Positions 26,070-38,426 of a DNA stretch of 64,000 nt are shown here, one piece after another. The number at the start of each line of letters is the position of its first letter. The first letter of the stretch is position 1. The notes beneath the pieces are model-generated. The model was given only the letters and a program-made list of their open reading frames with translations, was not told the origin of the DNA and ran no database searches. Position numbers and translations under genes: made by a program. Source of the stretch: Octopus sinensis (Eukaryota); assembly GCF_006345805.1 (NCBI RefSeq), contig NC_042998.1:41354001-41418000 (forward strand). Reading direction: 5' to 3'.

Positions 26070-26796
26070 TTTAAAATAATAAGGGTGAAAAATTGAATAT
26101 TAATTTGATTAATATCAATTTAACACCAGTGGTCTAGCATATTTAAAAATCTGAAGTTTCAGAAAAAATTATATTACATACATATAAAAGGGATGACCTG
26201 TAAGTGGACATCCATTATGCTAGAAGAAGATCTGCTATGGTCTTATCACTAAGAAAGGAATGTTCTCAAGAAAAATTTAGCAAATGTCAAAATGTAAGCG
26301 AGCAAGACAAATGAAAAGATATGAAATATAGATTAATCACAAACCATGGTTATGTTGTTAATGCTTACATAATCATTTATGTAATCATCCGCAAAACTCG
26401 TCAGTGTGATCGTCTTAGCAACCATAATTTGCAGAACTATACATGGGACGTCTGCATGAGATTAAACATGTATACAGTTCTACCAATTATTTTTCAAAAG
26501 CCTTCGTTATGGCACACTAAACTACCGGAAATATTTCTGTTGAAAATAATTCTCTGCAGTGAATTTTGCCGGTTAAAGAACATAGCTATTTAAATTTAAA
26601 ATAATAAGGGTGAAAAATTGGATATTAATTTGATTAATATCAATTTAACACCGGTGGTCTAGCATATTTAAAAGTCTGAAGTTTCATAAAAAATTATATT
26701 ACATACATAAAAAAGGGATGACCTGTAAGTGGACATCCATTATACTAGAAGATCTGCTATGGTCTTACCACTAAGAAAGGAATGTTCTCAAGAAAA
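26070..26796. repeat. Two ~205-bp direct repeats (26070-26274, 26595-26796) flanking a ~320-bp spacer
   Basis: tttaaaataataagggtgaaaaattg...aggaatgttctcaagaaaa occurs twice with few differences. Confidence 0.9.
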
Positions 26797-27105
26797 CTTC
26801 ATTCACAAGCCACATACAATCTTCCTTCTGCTTTGAAAACACCTGTTGCCAACAGATGTAATAGTTCTCAGAACTTTCTCCCTCCTATTCTTATTCTAGC
26901 ATCTATACTTTCAGAACATTCACTTCTGCTAACCAGGTCGCCTTGGTAACAAAAACTATCTTCTACTTCTAGGCAGCCTCCAGATCATACAAAAAAAATT
27001 ATTTCTCATGTATCCTGAGTGTTTATTGCTCTTGCATAAACATACAAAGACTACTTTTTCTGTTAACTTTCCCTTGGTTCCACTGCACCTCTTATGAGTC
27101 TATTA
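26797..27105 (-). mobile_element. RTE-clade LINE fragment
   Basis: Minus strand reads THKRCSGTKGKLTEKVVFVC, FCYQGDL, SESIDARIRIGGRKF*ELLHLLAT and GRLYVAC. Same type as 15060-15600. Confidence 0.72.
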
Positions 27106-27144
27106 CTAAGCATTGGATACAGTGTATGGAGTTTCTCTCTCTGT

Positions 27145-27485
27145 GACTTTAGGCAAATGTCTTCTATAACCCTGAGCCAATCAAAAGCTTGTGAGTGGAT
27201 TTACTTGACGGAAAATAAATGAAGCATGCTGTGTGTGTGTGTGTGTGTGTGTGTATACACGCGTGCATGTGTTTGCCTCACATTTCATGATACTAGTAAA
27301 TGAGTGTCACTTTCATACAAGCAGTATTATTCATTTCCAGTATTTTGCAAAATACAGGGAAATATTACCTTGCTTGGAAACAGGTGAGGACTGGTGGCAG
27401 GGAAGGCATTTAATCATAGAAAATCTTCAATAAACTCTGACCCATGCAAACATAGAAAATTGGACATTAAAATGATGGGGATGAT
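27145..27485 (+). mobile_element. SINE family A/B copy with internal (GT)n
   Basis: ttaggcaaatgtcttcta...aagcttgtgagtggattt core, tail aatattaccttgcttggaaacaggtgagg, and a terminal gatg repeat. Confidence 0.65.
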
Positions 27486-30400
27486 ATATATGTGTATGCA
27501 TTGTATACACACATGTACACATAACACTTCCTACTGCACAGTTTCATTTCCTCAAGGCTGTTACACTGCTGGATGGAACTCAGAACTCCATGATTTGAAA
27601 GAGATCTTCATAACCACCAACCTGTCACCTGGCTTACTTTTGATATGCTCAATCCTAGCAGATATTAGCTGTAATAGAAGCTTTTCTTACTATTGCTTTG
27701 CCATAGTGTTTTGTAATTTAATTTTCAGTTTTGTCTTTTACTTTTGTTTTGGTGCTTCTTCCTCTTCAAATTTGTCTGTCACTTCAACCTCCATTTTCAT
27801 ACCTTTTGGCTTCCTTGAAGACAGAAGACAGTTTCTTTTGTTCATGTTTATTAGATATCTGTGACAGCTTGTCTTTATTTCTTTACTAGACAGTTTTGTA
27901 TTTCTACTGTAGATATTCAATATTAAGCTTTCAATTACTGAAGTCCTTTATTTCTTTGTCTTTACGATAAATATACTTCGTCAGTATAAAATCTTGAATT
28001 GTCATCTTTATTTTTCTTGCTTTTTTCTGTATTCTTGATAATCTAATTAATGTGTTCTTAAGAATACACAGTTATTACTTACAACTGTGACAGCTAAAAT
28101 ATTGGTACCTATATACTCATTTACTTTTAGCATGCAGTTTACTTTTAAATATTAATTTGAGTCATCTTTAATATTCCTTCTGTATTTTTTCTTTTTTTTT
28201 TGTGCTTTACATTTTGTTTATTTTATGTATTTGTAACTTTGAGCTATTGTTTCTCATTTGTCCATGACATGTTGGATATACCTTCTTATCCTATTCATGC
28301 CTGATGTTTCTTGAACACACAAGGAGAATGATACTGTGACGATAATCCTAAGCTATTCTCTGACTCCTCTCTCTCATGATAATTGGTTATAGCATTATCA
28401 TCAGTAATACATTGTTATAACCATAAAACTTTTGCATATATCTCCAACAAAGATGTTTCCTTAAAGGAAATAGTTTTTTTCCCCCTTTTGTCTTAAATTT
28501 TAGAAAGACACAATATTTTACTTTTTTAACTAGGGTGTGTTTGTGTGTATGTGTGTTTTGCAGAGCTAAATAGTGAAAATTTCATAAATGTAATGCTTTT
28601 AGGTGTATTTAACTACCTGGTTTTCCTCAGCCATCATCAAAGTTTAATTTTCTATTTATTAATATAAAGCAGTGTAAATGACCAGTCAGGGATAATGTTA
28701 TAAGTATAATAGTAATGTCTTGGCATTTTAATTTTGAAAGTGCTTGAAACTTCTTTGTTCTTTTAGAAGATTCTGGAGGTCATCAAGTTTATAGTGGCAG
28801 TTATTATATCTCTCTAAATATCATTCTTCTGAGTTATACATAAATTATTATTCATTGATTAATTGTCATCCCTGGCATTTCCTTCATGTTATTGTAATTT
28901 AAATCTAAACAAATTAGTCTTCATTTTCTTTCAAAATCAAATTCTATCCAATAAAACAAAGAAATAAATATCATGGAAACATTCATGCTGGTTTAACAAT
29001 TTTAGTAGCCACCTTAAAAAGAAAACAAATGTTCAAAATAGATAGTTGAACTATATAAATGGTATGACAAATACTATTAGTCATCCAGAATTTTATTATC
29101 CTGTTCCTAAAAATCCAGAAATAAAAAGTGTTACTTAAAAGAAGTTTGATCAATAATATCAGAAAATTTTTTAATAGTGAACTTCCATTACATTTTACAT
29201 ATAAAATGTTTTCTTTAGGGAAAAAGTAGATTATTGAAATGTTCTAAATTGTATACTTGAAATTTAAATTTTTTTCCTCCTCATTCCATATCATATCCTG
29301 CTTTATCCACATTTTTTTTGTAGGCTGATCTTCAGATGTTCAAATTTAACTTCGACTACTTTGAACTCACCTATCTGGTTATACTTGAAATGGTTCATGT
29401 ACACTGTCAATTCTTTTCTAAATTTTATTTCTACAATGCTGCTAATCTACGTTAATTTTAAGCACTTAGTGGGAAATTCTTGAGTTTACACTTCATTATG
29501 CATAGTGAGCTTATTTGACTTTATTTTCCTGCTCTCCTTTCTAGAAATAACAGGTTCATTTAAGAAATTCAACTTTCTAAATTGAGGTTCCTTAAACTGA
29601 ATATCATCATAACCATTTCAATTTCCATTTTATCATGCTTGCATGGGTTAGGCAGAATCCATTTAGGCATATTTTCTATGACTAGATACTCTTCTTGTCA
29701 CTTGTTTTTAAGCAAGATTTTTTTTTCTTTGTGGCTAGACTTATTTCCACAGAAAATTTGAAATTAATAACACCACTTGTATGTTTATGGTGCTTGTTTA
29801 CAACTAATGCACTTTGCCAAGACTAGGAGATGCACACATGATAGACTTCTTACAGTTTCTGTTTACCAAATCTTCTCAAAAGGTTTTACCTGCTCCAGGG
29901 CTATACTAGAAGATACTTGGCCAAGTTGCCACCCTATGGAACTGAATTAAAAAATGTGGTTTGCAAACAAGCTTCTTCACCATACAGACATGCTAAGAAA
30001 GAATGATTTGATATTCTCAATAGTTATAGGTTTCAACAGTCAGATGTTGTTTCTGGATATAATTGCATCCCTCAAGAGTCACAACTATCCAAACTTTTGC
30101 ATCTCTGAATTTAAAAACTTGTGTTTAGAACTGCATTGGCTTTTAATTTTCACTATTGCTTTTTGTCTCAAAGCCTTGGAATTTGAAAACATTTAAATAT
30201 TTCCAGCGATTCAGTTTGCTCTTTTAGGCACATTGGTTTCTATTCTAAGATTTGTTTAAATGAATTCAATTTTAAGTCATCTGCCGAAATCAAATATTTT
30301 TGTAGTTCATTAATACCTTTAAGTATGCTTTTATATTCACTGAAAACTCTACTCGAAACATTTGATAATGTTTACTCTTACTCAATTTAATGAAAGGGGA

Positions 30401-33400
30401 AATATCCATCAAACTGTTTTCAATTTACCAAAAACTTGATGAAGAGAATTTTCAGTGTTTTAGTAATTATTTTTAATAGAAACAACACGCCACCAAACTA
30501 AATATAAATAAATAGCATAGTATGTTGGCTACTTCCTATACACTCAGAATTCGAATTCTGCTGAGGTTAACTTTATCTTTCATTCATTCAACATTGATAA
30601 AATGATAATCAGTAATGTATCAATTACACTATTTCTCTACAAAAATGTGTTTGTGTCTGGCTAAAAGAAAATATCGTCCCTGTCAGATTCACCATCTTTA
30701 AGAAAGACAAGCAATTGCAGGAAACCAAGTAAAATTATTTTGATAACTATTTAAAAGATCTTCAGTGAAATTACCCTTTTTAAAAATTGAATCAGTAAAA
30801 TTTATAATAATTGGTATTGTTTGTTTTTGAATAAAGACAACTATCTACAAAAGAGCCTCATGAAATCTTGTCTTAATGTATGAAGTGAGAGCTCCTCTGA
30901 AATTCCAGCCATGATGTGATATCATATAATAAGTAGTTAATCACAAAACTTTAACTGGTCTATGAGAAAATAAGAGGCTCTGATACATATTTCTGCCTCT
31001 TTAATTCTGTACAACTTGAAATTCAATTACTTTCAGATCTTGTGTTTACTTTTATCTGTATTTATCTAAAATTATAAAAATCTAAAGATGATGAAAACTG
31101 AAGTATTTGGAGGTGGAGAGGGAATTGGTTAGTCTTCATTTTTTAATTGACTTTGTCTTTGGAGATGGTCAATACAATAGTAATTAAAATTTGGAGTGAT
31201 TTCTCTGCAGCAAATTATAACTACTTGCAAGCAACATTTGATATTTTAGGAAAATGAAGGTATTGTATATAAAACTTGTTAGAAGCTTTTAAAATTAATT
31301 GCTGCCAAACAAATTGGAAGAATACGGTAATTTGTCCATTCCCATAGTTACATTTAATTCATGAAGAGCTTTTTAAAGGTGATTATTTTCTTTTAATATT
31401 CACTGCATTGAACTTACCATACTTCATTATGGTCTTGAAGCTTAATACATGTGTGTGCATGTGTGTATGCATGCACGCAAATACACATGTGTGCATGCAT
31501 ATTAAAACCCAGAGTGCAATGAAATTATTGGTAGTTTATGTTGGCAAAAACTGCTTAGTTAAGAAATATATATTAAATAACAATAGCAGTTAATTTAATA
31601 ACTTATTAATCTTCCTGATACATTTAATGTGGAATGTGTTTATTTAAAATTCACAGCAATAATCACTGATATATTGAAGAAAATGATTGTCTTTTAATAT
31701 TTTTACTACTGTTCTGAATTTTAAGTGTTTTATATGAATGATATATAATTTTCAAATAGCCAGATGTAGATGTTTTTTTGTTGTATCATAAGGGTTAAAT
31801 TGTAATATATAGCCAATTGTGAAATTAATGGGTGTTCTGTAGCTTTTCCCTCACAGTACTTTTATTTCTGGAGAATTTTATATCTATCACTATACAGGAT
31901 TTGTTGCTAAAATATAACAGCCAAATTTTTTATAAATAATTTATATCAAAGCTGAATCATTTTGATTCTTGCAACAGTTACCATTTTCTTTCTCTTATTC
32001 CACTCAAGTCTAAAATTCCATTGAAAATTCAGTGAGTTTACATGACTGCAACCAAAATCATACTAACATTATTAATATTCATATTGATTTTAAATATCTG
32101 TTTTCACATTCTGTTTTCTTTACACATGTCAACTATGGTATGTTCTCGAGACTGGAAATTAAAAAAAAAACTTTTTGCAGATGCAGTTTTTACTTGATAG
32201 AAACCTTTTTTTTTTTTTTGCTTTATCAAGGCCTAGTATGAGAACGTTCAACAATTTTCACTATTTCTGTCAATTTGAAATAATTATTCACAATTTCTAT
32301 GATTCAACAATACCAATATACACTAGCACCTGCATAACCTCTCTCCTCCTTTACTGCCATCACCAATCTGAAATTGGAAATAAGAGAGAAATGAAAATAA
32401 GTGAAAGGAACTGTTGGAAGTTAATTTCTTGTGACTTTTTCAAAGCTGATGTTGACTTCTTAGATTCTAAAGCTTATACACAGAATAAATCATTGTTCTG
32501 AATGTTCCATATTGATTATCTCTTTTCTTTGCATAAGGGAAATCTGCTTTTGCAAAAGAACATTCCAAGAACATAACTGTAGATATCACCTGGCCATGAG
32601 TATTTTAGTGCAATTATATCTAAATTGTAACAAAAACAGCTCATATAACCTTCTGATCTTTATTCAGATATTATTAGTTCTTCAAATGAGCCACAGCTAG
32701 TCATTTTGTAAATGATTATCTATAATCAAAAATAATTCCTTATGGTTGGAAGTTTATTCAAGTTAGTTCTATGTTAATGGTTAATAATGATACCATCAAA
32801 AATATATTGCCATTTATTGAAACAATTGTGCCAATCCCTTTCAAAATATAGCCATGAAGAAATTGTATTAACAATTTCAAATGTTGTCTCAGAATTTTAT
32901 AAGAAAAAGATGTTTTCTCAATGTTATTAACTAAATTGGTTTTATTTAGCTCTCGTGTCCCAAGTTTCAGCCTAATTCTGTATCATAGGCAATAATGACT
33001 GATCACTTTTATGTTATTCATTGTCGATTGTAAAAAAAATTCCTCTGGGATTGATTGATCTATCTAATGAAAACCCAGTTGCCACAGTTAAGTTGTTAAT
33101 TATTCACATTTATCTGTAAATGGTTGTTATGACTCAAATAGTCATTATTGACTATTTGTTTTTTTGGTGTTTGCTAATTCATTAATTTTACATCAAGTAA
33201 GGAATGGTCCTGAAATTTGTAGATTGCCATTTTTTCCATTTGTGAACAGAAATATATAGATCAGTTGCTCATGAAGCAGAAAGGTCTATAAATATATAAA
33301 TCAAATTAGACACTAATATATATCAACTTAGCCTACATCTATAATTACACAGCATGATAGATTTAAGGCATACATGTTAACAGCAAATACTAGAGTTGGG

Positions 33401-33483
33401 TATTTAAGTCGAACTGTTTTTCTTTCTCACATGAACATTTATAAATAAATATTAAATTACATTTAGATTTTAAATTACATTTA

Positions 33484-33678
33484 CGTGCAGGTGGCACGTA
33501 AAAAGCACCCACTACACTCACGGAGTGGTTGGCGTTAGGAAGGGCATCCAGCTGTAGAAACATTGCCAGATTAGACTGGAGCCTGGTGCAGCCTTCTGGC
33601 TTCCCAGAACCCCGGTCGAACCGTCCAACCCATGCTAGCATGGAGAACGGACGTTAAACGACGATGATGATGATGATT
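33484..33678 (+). mobile_element. Young RTE-tail / SINE family E copy with (GAT)n tail
   Basis: CpG-rich and well preserved: ggagtggttggcgttaggaagggcatccagctgtagaaac...ggacgttaaacgacgatgatgatgatg. Confidence 0.8.
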
Positions 33679-34204
33679 ATTTTTATTTGGTTAGCATCCC
33701 AATTTAGTTCATGTTTAATATTTATTACTTAGTTGTCAACAAATTTGAGAGTTTTTCTGAAACACATTACCTTAAAATATGGAGTTAATCCAGAAATAAT
33801 GGGGTATATTTTACTCTAAACATTTCATTAAATTATATCTTCTTGTCAGAAATATTTGCATGACTCTACCAAATGAATGATATAACCAATCTTTATTTTA
33901 ATAGTTGATCTTGAAAAATATATCTGTCTACTGTTCTTTGATTACCCCTAATATCCAAAGAACATTATCAGTATTTGTGGGGTTTCTGAAGATTTACTTC
34001 ATCTTTTATATTGGAATCTGATCTGAATTCTTTTAATACTTTTAAATATTTCTTTATCTTGCTAAATACTTCAATCCCTCCTACAAACTTAATCAGCTTT
34101 TGTTATATGCTAGGCACTATTGATTTTTAACAGATGTATCTGTTTTTAAAGAGTAAAAATATTGAATTCTTTAATATATATAAAAGAAATATACCCTCTT
34201 TTTA

Positions 34205-34237
<33 letters not shown>

Positions 34238-34887
34238 TTCTTACTGAAAATCAGTTGCAAACCTTTAAAGACTTGAATTTCATTGCTATTAACTGCAATG
34301 CTAGTTAATATTCAAGGGATAAAATTAAATTTATGATTCCTTCTATTTTCTTTTAATTCTAAAATCAGATCTTTTTTACTCAACTGCAGTAGAGATAAAA
34401 TATTGGGTTATTTATTCAATGAAAGAAAGAAATTATGATTAAAATAAGAATAGTATTTACTTTTAAAATCTTGTAAATTTATGTTAATAATAACGGTATT
34501 AATCCTTAGTTCAATAATTCAAATGATCTTACTTAGGAACTGTATTTATAAAAGTTTTAAAAACTACACTGTCTTATGTAGCACAGTCTAGAAATAGATA
34601 GAATTGTTATTGTTTGAGAAAGGAATGGCAGCTCTCCGTCTGTTAGATCCTGAATGATTGAAATAGCTGAAATGAAATATGGATAAAGAGTTTTTTTGTT
34701 TTTTTTAATAATTATGTACCAAAGCAGTTTTACAGTATTCAAGATAGCTGACTTACATGAAGCTGTAATCATATAATTTCCTCATTGCCATCAATAGCAT
34801 TGTTCATCATCCCCATTTTAACGTGTTTATGTTTTGTTTTATATTTTATGTCATTAAAGGTTTTCCTTCCATATTTGCATCAACTTA

Positions 34888-35098
34888 CAGGGGTATTGGA
34901 AAGTTCATAGCTTTGGATAAAAGAAAATACAAGAGGATCAGTTAATTATGATTTTATTCAACATATTCCCTCCTCAGATCCAGTTATTGCATTGGTCCTT
35001 CAGTTTTTCTAAGCCCTGTAAAAGAACTCAAAAGGTTGGGCCTCCAACCAGGCCTTTCATGATATCTTTAAAGCCAGGAACTTTTCAACACCCTGCCG
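34888..35098. mobile_element. Mariner-derived MITE
   Basis: TA-flanked imperfect TIRs (caggggtattggaaagttcatagcttt / reverse complement cggcagggtgttgaaaagttcctggcttt); 211 bp. Ends resemble the 11186-11829 element. Confidence 0.72.
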
Positions 35099-37529
35099 TA
35101 TGCTTTTTTTTAAAAAATAAGTTTGGTCTGAAAGAAGGGATTTTCTCTAATGGCTTTCACACGATCTCTAATATGGTCTACTTTTGTACATACCTCGAAA
35201 CCCTTTGTTACAATCAATACTAGTAATATCATCTTAAAAGCTGAACTCTGTTAGTTCCAGCAAAAACAATCAAAATGCTCCATTGTCTTGTTGCTCCAGT
35301 TGGGAACTACTTCAGTTCTGGTTCTTTATCAGAGTTCCAGAGACCCCTCTGTGCTTTTTGCATGCCTATTGTTTACCTTGACTATAAAGTGTTGATCTGC
35401 TTATTTTCTTTTCTACATATTCAGAGAAATCATCTACAACATTGAGCTTGACCGAATAAGTGTGCTCCTTTATGTTCATCCAATCTGCCAGAAATATCAG
35501 TCCAATTTCTCTTGCATCACACCATAGCATCATTAAACTGATCATCATTAACCCAACAAAAGAATAAGGAACAAGTTGAAAACAAAACTGTTCAAATATT
35601 AATGAATAATAAGAAAGCCTTATTTGGAGACAAATTTGAAACAAACTTAGAAATATCACCATTCTTAAGCAGTAGACTTAAATGAAGTTGGAAGCATTCA
35701 TTGAATGATATACAAAAAAACAAAATAGACATGTGGAATGCCTTTTGACCATAAGTTTACTTGATCAGGGCTGTCTTAACAACAACAACAATAACCAGAT
35801 AAAGTAGTAATGTCACCCACTATGTCATCTTCTACTGAACTATTTTAATGTTTTCTTTTTGTTCTAAACCAATATGGATAGAGTATCTAGAGTGTCTGTG
35901 CTTCCATAGTCAAATGAATGTTGCAAATCACCTCAATAATCAAATAGACCCTATTAGCAACCTGATTAGATAAGGAATCAACACAGTTCTGCTTCATTTA
36001 TGTTTTTCTTCTGTTTTTTTGACTTTGTTTAGAACTAAGTTGTCATGGTAATATAGTATAGATTCACATGAACTTATCTTTCTGCCTCTACTTCTAATCT
36101 TTATACTAAATAAAATATCCATTATCTTCTGATCCAGTTTGATGCAAAATTATCGACCCCTGCAAATAACATCCTCAACTTCTTTTATTTAAATATGGTG
36201 ATCTCTTTTTGGTTCATTAGTTTGAATTGCTTCATAAATATAAGGCCATTGATCTACTCCCCAAATTACTTAGTAATCGTCCATCCTTACTATACATTAT
36301 GTTTGCAAAGGACATGGAATTCAAAACTATTGATCATTGGTGATATATATTTAATATATTGGGAATGTTTGCCAACTTTTGGAGATTTTCTCCAAAAAAA
36401 AAAATGTATATATTAGCTTTTAAAATTCAACAAGTGGCTTCCAACTCCATTTTAGTTTACTGCTTCTTAAAGGGCAGTGAAATTTCAAAATTTCTTTCAT
36501 CTTTATCTCCAAGTATAATTTTAATTAGCTGCCATCATTGAGTGGTTTCATTTTATATAAGGTAATAGTTTTGCAGTTTCAAATTGTACCCTTTTCTCTT
36601 AGCAGAAAACCTTTCTATCTACTAAACAATACAATAAGTTAGTTGGCGGCTGGGTTAGTGATGATCAATTCATTGACCTGTAGTAATGGGTTCAAATCGT
36701 ACTATAGCTACCTTTATCATTTCATCTTCCTGTATGTCAGTAAAATAAATATTTGCAATAAATGTATTAGGGTAAGTGGTCAAATATTGATCCACATCAA
36801 ACATTGAGTTTATAAATCACATTTCTGTCAGCTATTTCTGCTTGATTAGAACTGACCAGTGTTACACAACTGCAACAACAACAATCATTGTTCATTCTGC
36901 GGTGATAGCCATTCAAATCCACACGCCATCTAGTTAAATTCATTTTCCTTTACAAAGACATCAAATCTATGCACAACTGTATTCTGAAAGAAAGCAAAAA
37001 AGGAAGGAATGAAGGTTGTTTACATACAAAGAGTAGGTACTATTGGGGCTTTTTGACTTTTGTGTTGCTTCATTTTCTGAACATGGAAATTTTCTTTCCA
37101 GTGTAGAAAACAAGGAGACTATGTCTTTTTGTCGTTTTTTTTTTAATCCAGGTCTCTTGTAGAAATCATTCATAAACTGTCATTTTTCAGTGTAGCTGTT
37201 GATAAAAATAGCTACCCCCAGCCAATGTATTTTGTGATTTGTAGATTATTATTGTTGTTGTTGTTGTTTTACCTAAAGTCAGAATTAACAGTTGGCTATT
37301 TGATTTTATAGTTCTGCACATTATGATTAATAATCAACGTTATCTTAATCTCTTCTAATCAATGAAACATGATTCTTGTGGATTTTTTTTTTTCCCTTGT
37401 TTTACTTCATCATCATCAACCACCAGTGTATATATACACATGCATGCATGCATGCACTCACACAAACACACACTCATTAATCAGCTTCTTAAGATTTTGC
37501 ATTCTTGAAAATGGAGCAATGTAGCTGTC

Positions 37530-38321
37530 TATTTTTCATCAGCTTAGGTAGTATATGAGGACACTGCTGTACAGAAACAGCAAAGCTGATACTAACAAAT
37601 GCAAGGCAAGCCCTTGTGGTTGTTACAGAAGAGGAGAAGGGAGAGGCTAGTGCTGGAGTGGTAAGGAGCTGCTAACAAAAAGCTCTGAAGGCAGACTTTC
37701 ATTCATCTTTCCATCAATTAAAACTTACCTCTCAGTTCTGTGCCTTCCTTCTATCTACCTCTGTAGTTCTCACTGCCACTGCCCACGTATCCCCCGTAAC
37801 ATATGCATCCCTTTCCTCTTTCCCTATGCTCATCATTCTAATATTGTATAATCCACAGAAGGCAAACATGATGTAAAAAGATTCTCTATTTTTGTTGTTG
37901 TTATATCTATCTACTGCTAGAACTGATGCTTGCCTAGAAAATGTTGGATTGACTGCTGTATTACAGCAGCAGCAACAGCGTCTTCAACATGTACAACATT
38001 TCTGCCTCATTTTATCGGGGAAAAAAATCTGTCTCCATTTAGCTGTTGCTATTACTGTCCGTGTGATTGCATTAAGTCCTTGCTTTCACAACAAGCACTA
38101 CTCCTGTTACCAGACCTGTTGTTGCTATACATATATATATAGAGAGAGAGAGATAAATATATATCTATATATATACATAGAACAGTTACAGATCACTCCC
38201 CACCTACGTTATCCTTCTTGTCATCATCATCATCTGGTTGTTGTGAGGAATGGTTCTATTAGGTTGGCTAACCCATTGACGACGACTACGACTATCATGA
38301 GAGGTGCTCGGCCTGGCTGGT
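37530..38321 (+). promoter_or_regulatory. Candidate internal promoter / 5' UTR of the short dystrophin isoform
   Basis: Repeat-free, relatively GC-rich stretch directly upstream of the candidate first exon. Contains a purine-rich tract (~37628-37670), an Inr-like TCAGTT at 37732-37737 and short CAG and GAC runs. Boundaries are approximate. Confidence 0.4.
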
Positions 38322-38426
38322 ATGAAGAGGCATGGTCGCTATGGAGGTGGGAGGCCATCCTACCCTCTATTGTACAGATACCTGTACCTGCGGGCACGGC
38401 TTCAGTCACTGATATATGCCAGGCAG
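38322..38426 (+). CDS. DMD: Candidate alternative first coding exon of a short (Dp116-like) dystrophin isoform
   Basis: ATG at 38322 with an in-frame TGA at 38298-38300 upstream and no pyrimidine-tract acceptor in between. 35 codons, MKRHGRYGGGRPSYPLLYRYLYLRARLQSLIYARQ, end exactly at CAG|GTAGGT in phase 0, the phase the exon-56 equivalent must accept. GC- and CpG-rich against an AT-rich background; no recognisable repeat similarity. Confidence 0.68.

Noticed and set aside
32205-32501. Poly-T tract plus AG followed by an open frame, resembling an internal exon
   Set aside because: In phase 0 (needed after the exon-55 equivalent) the second codon is TAG; the open frame has no spectrin pattern and no clear donor.
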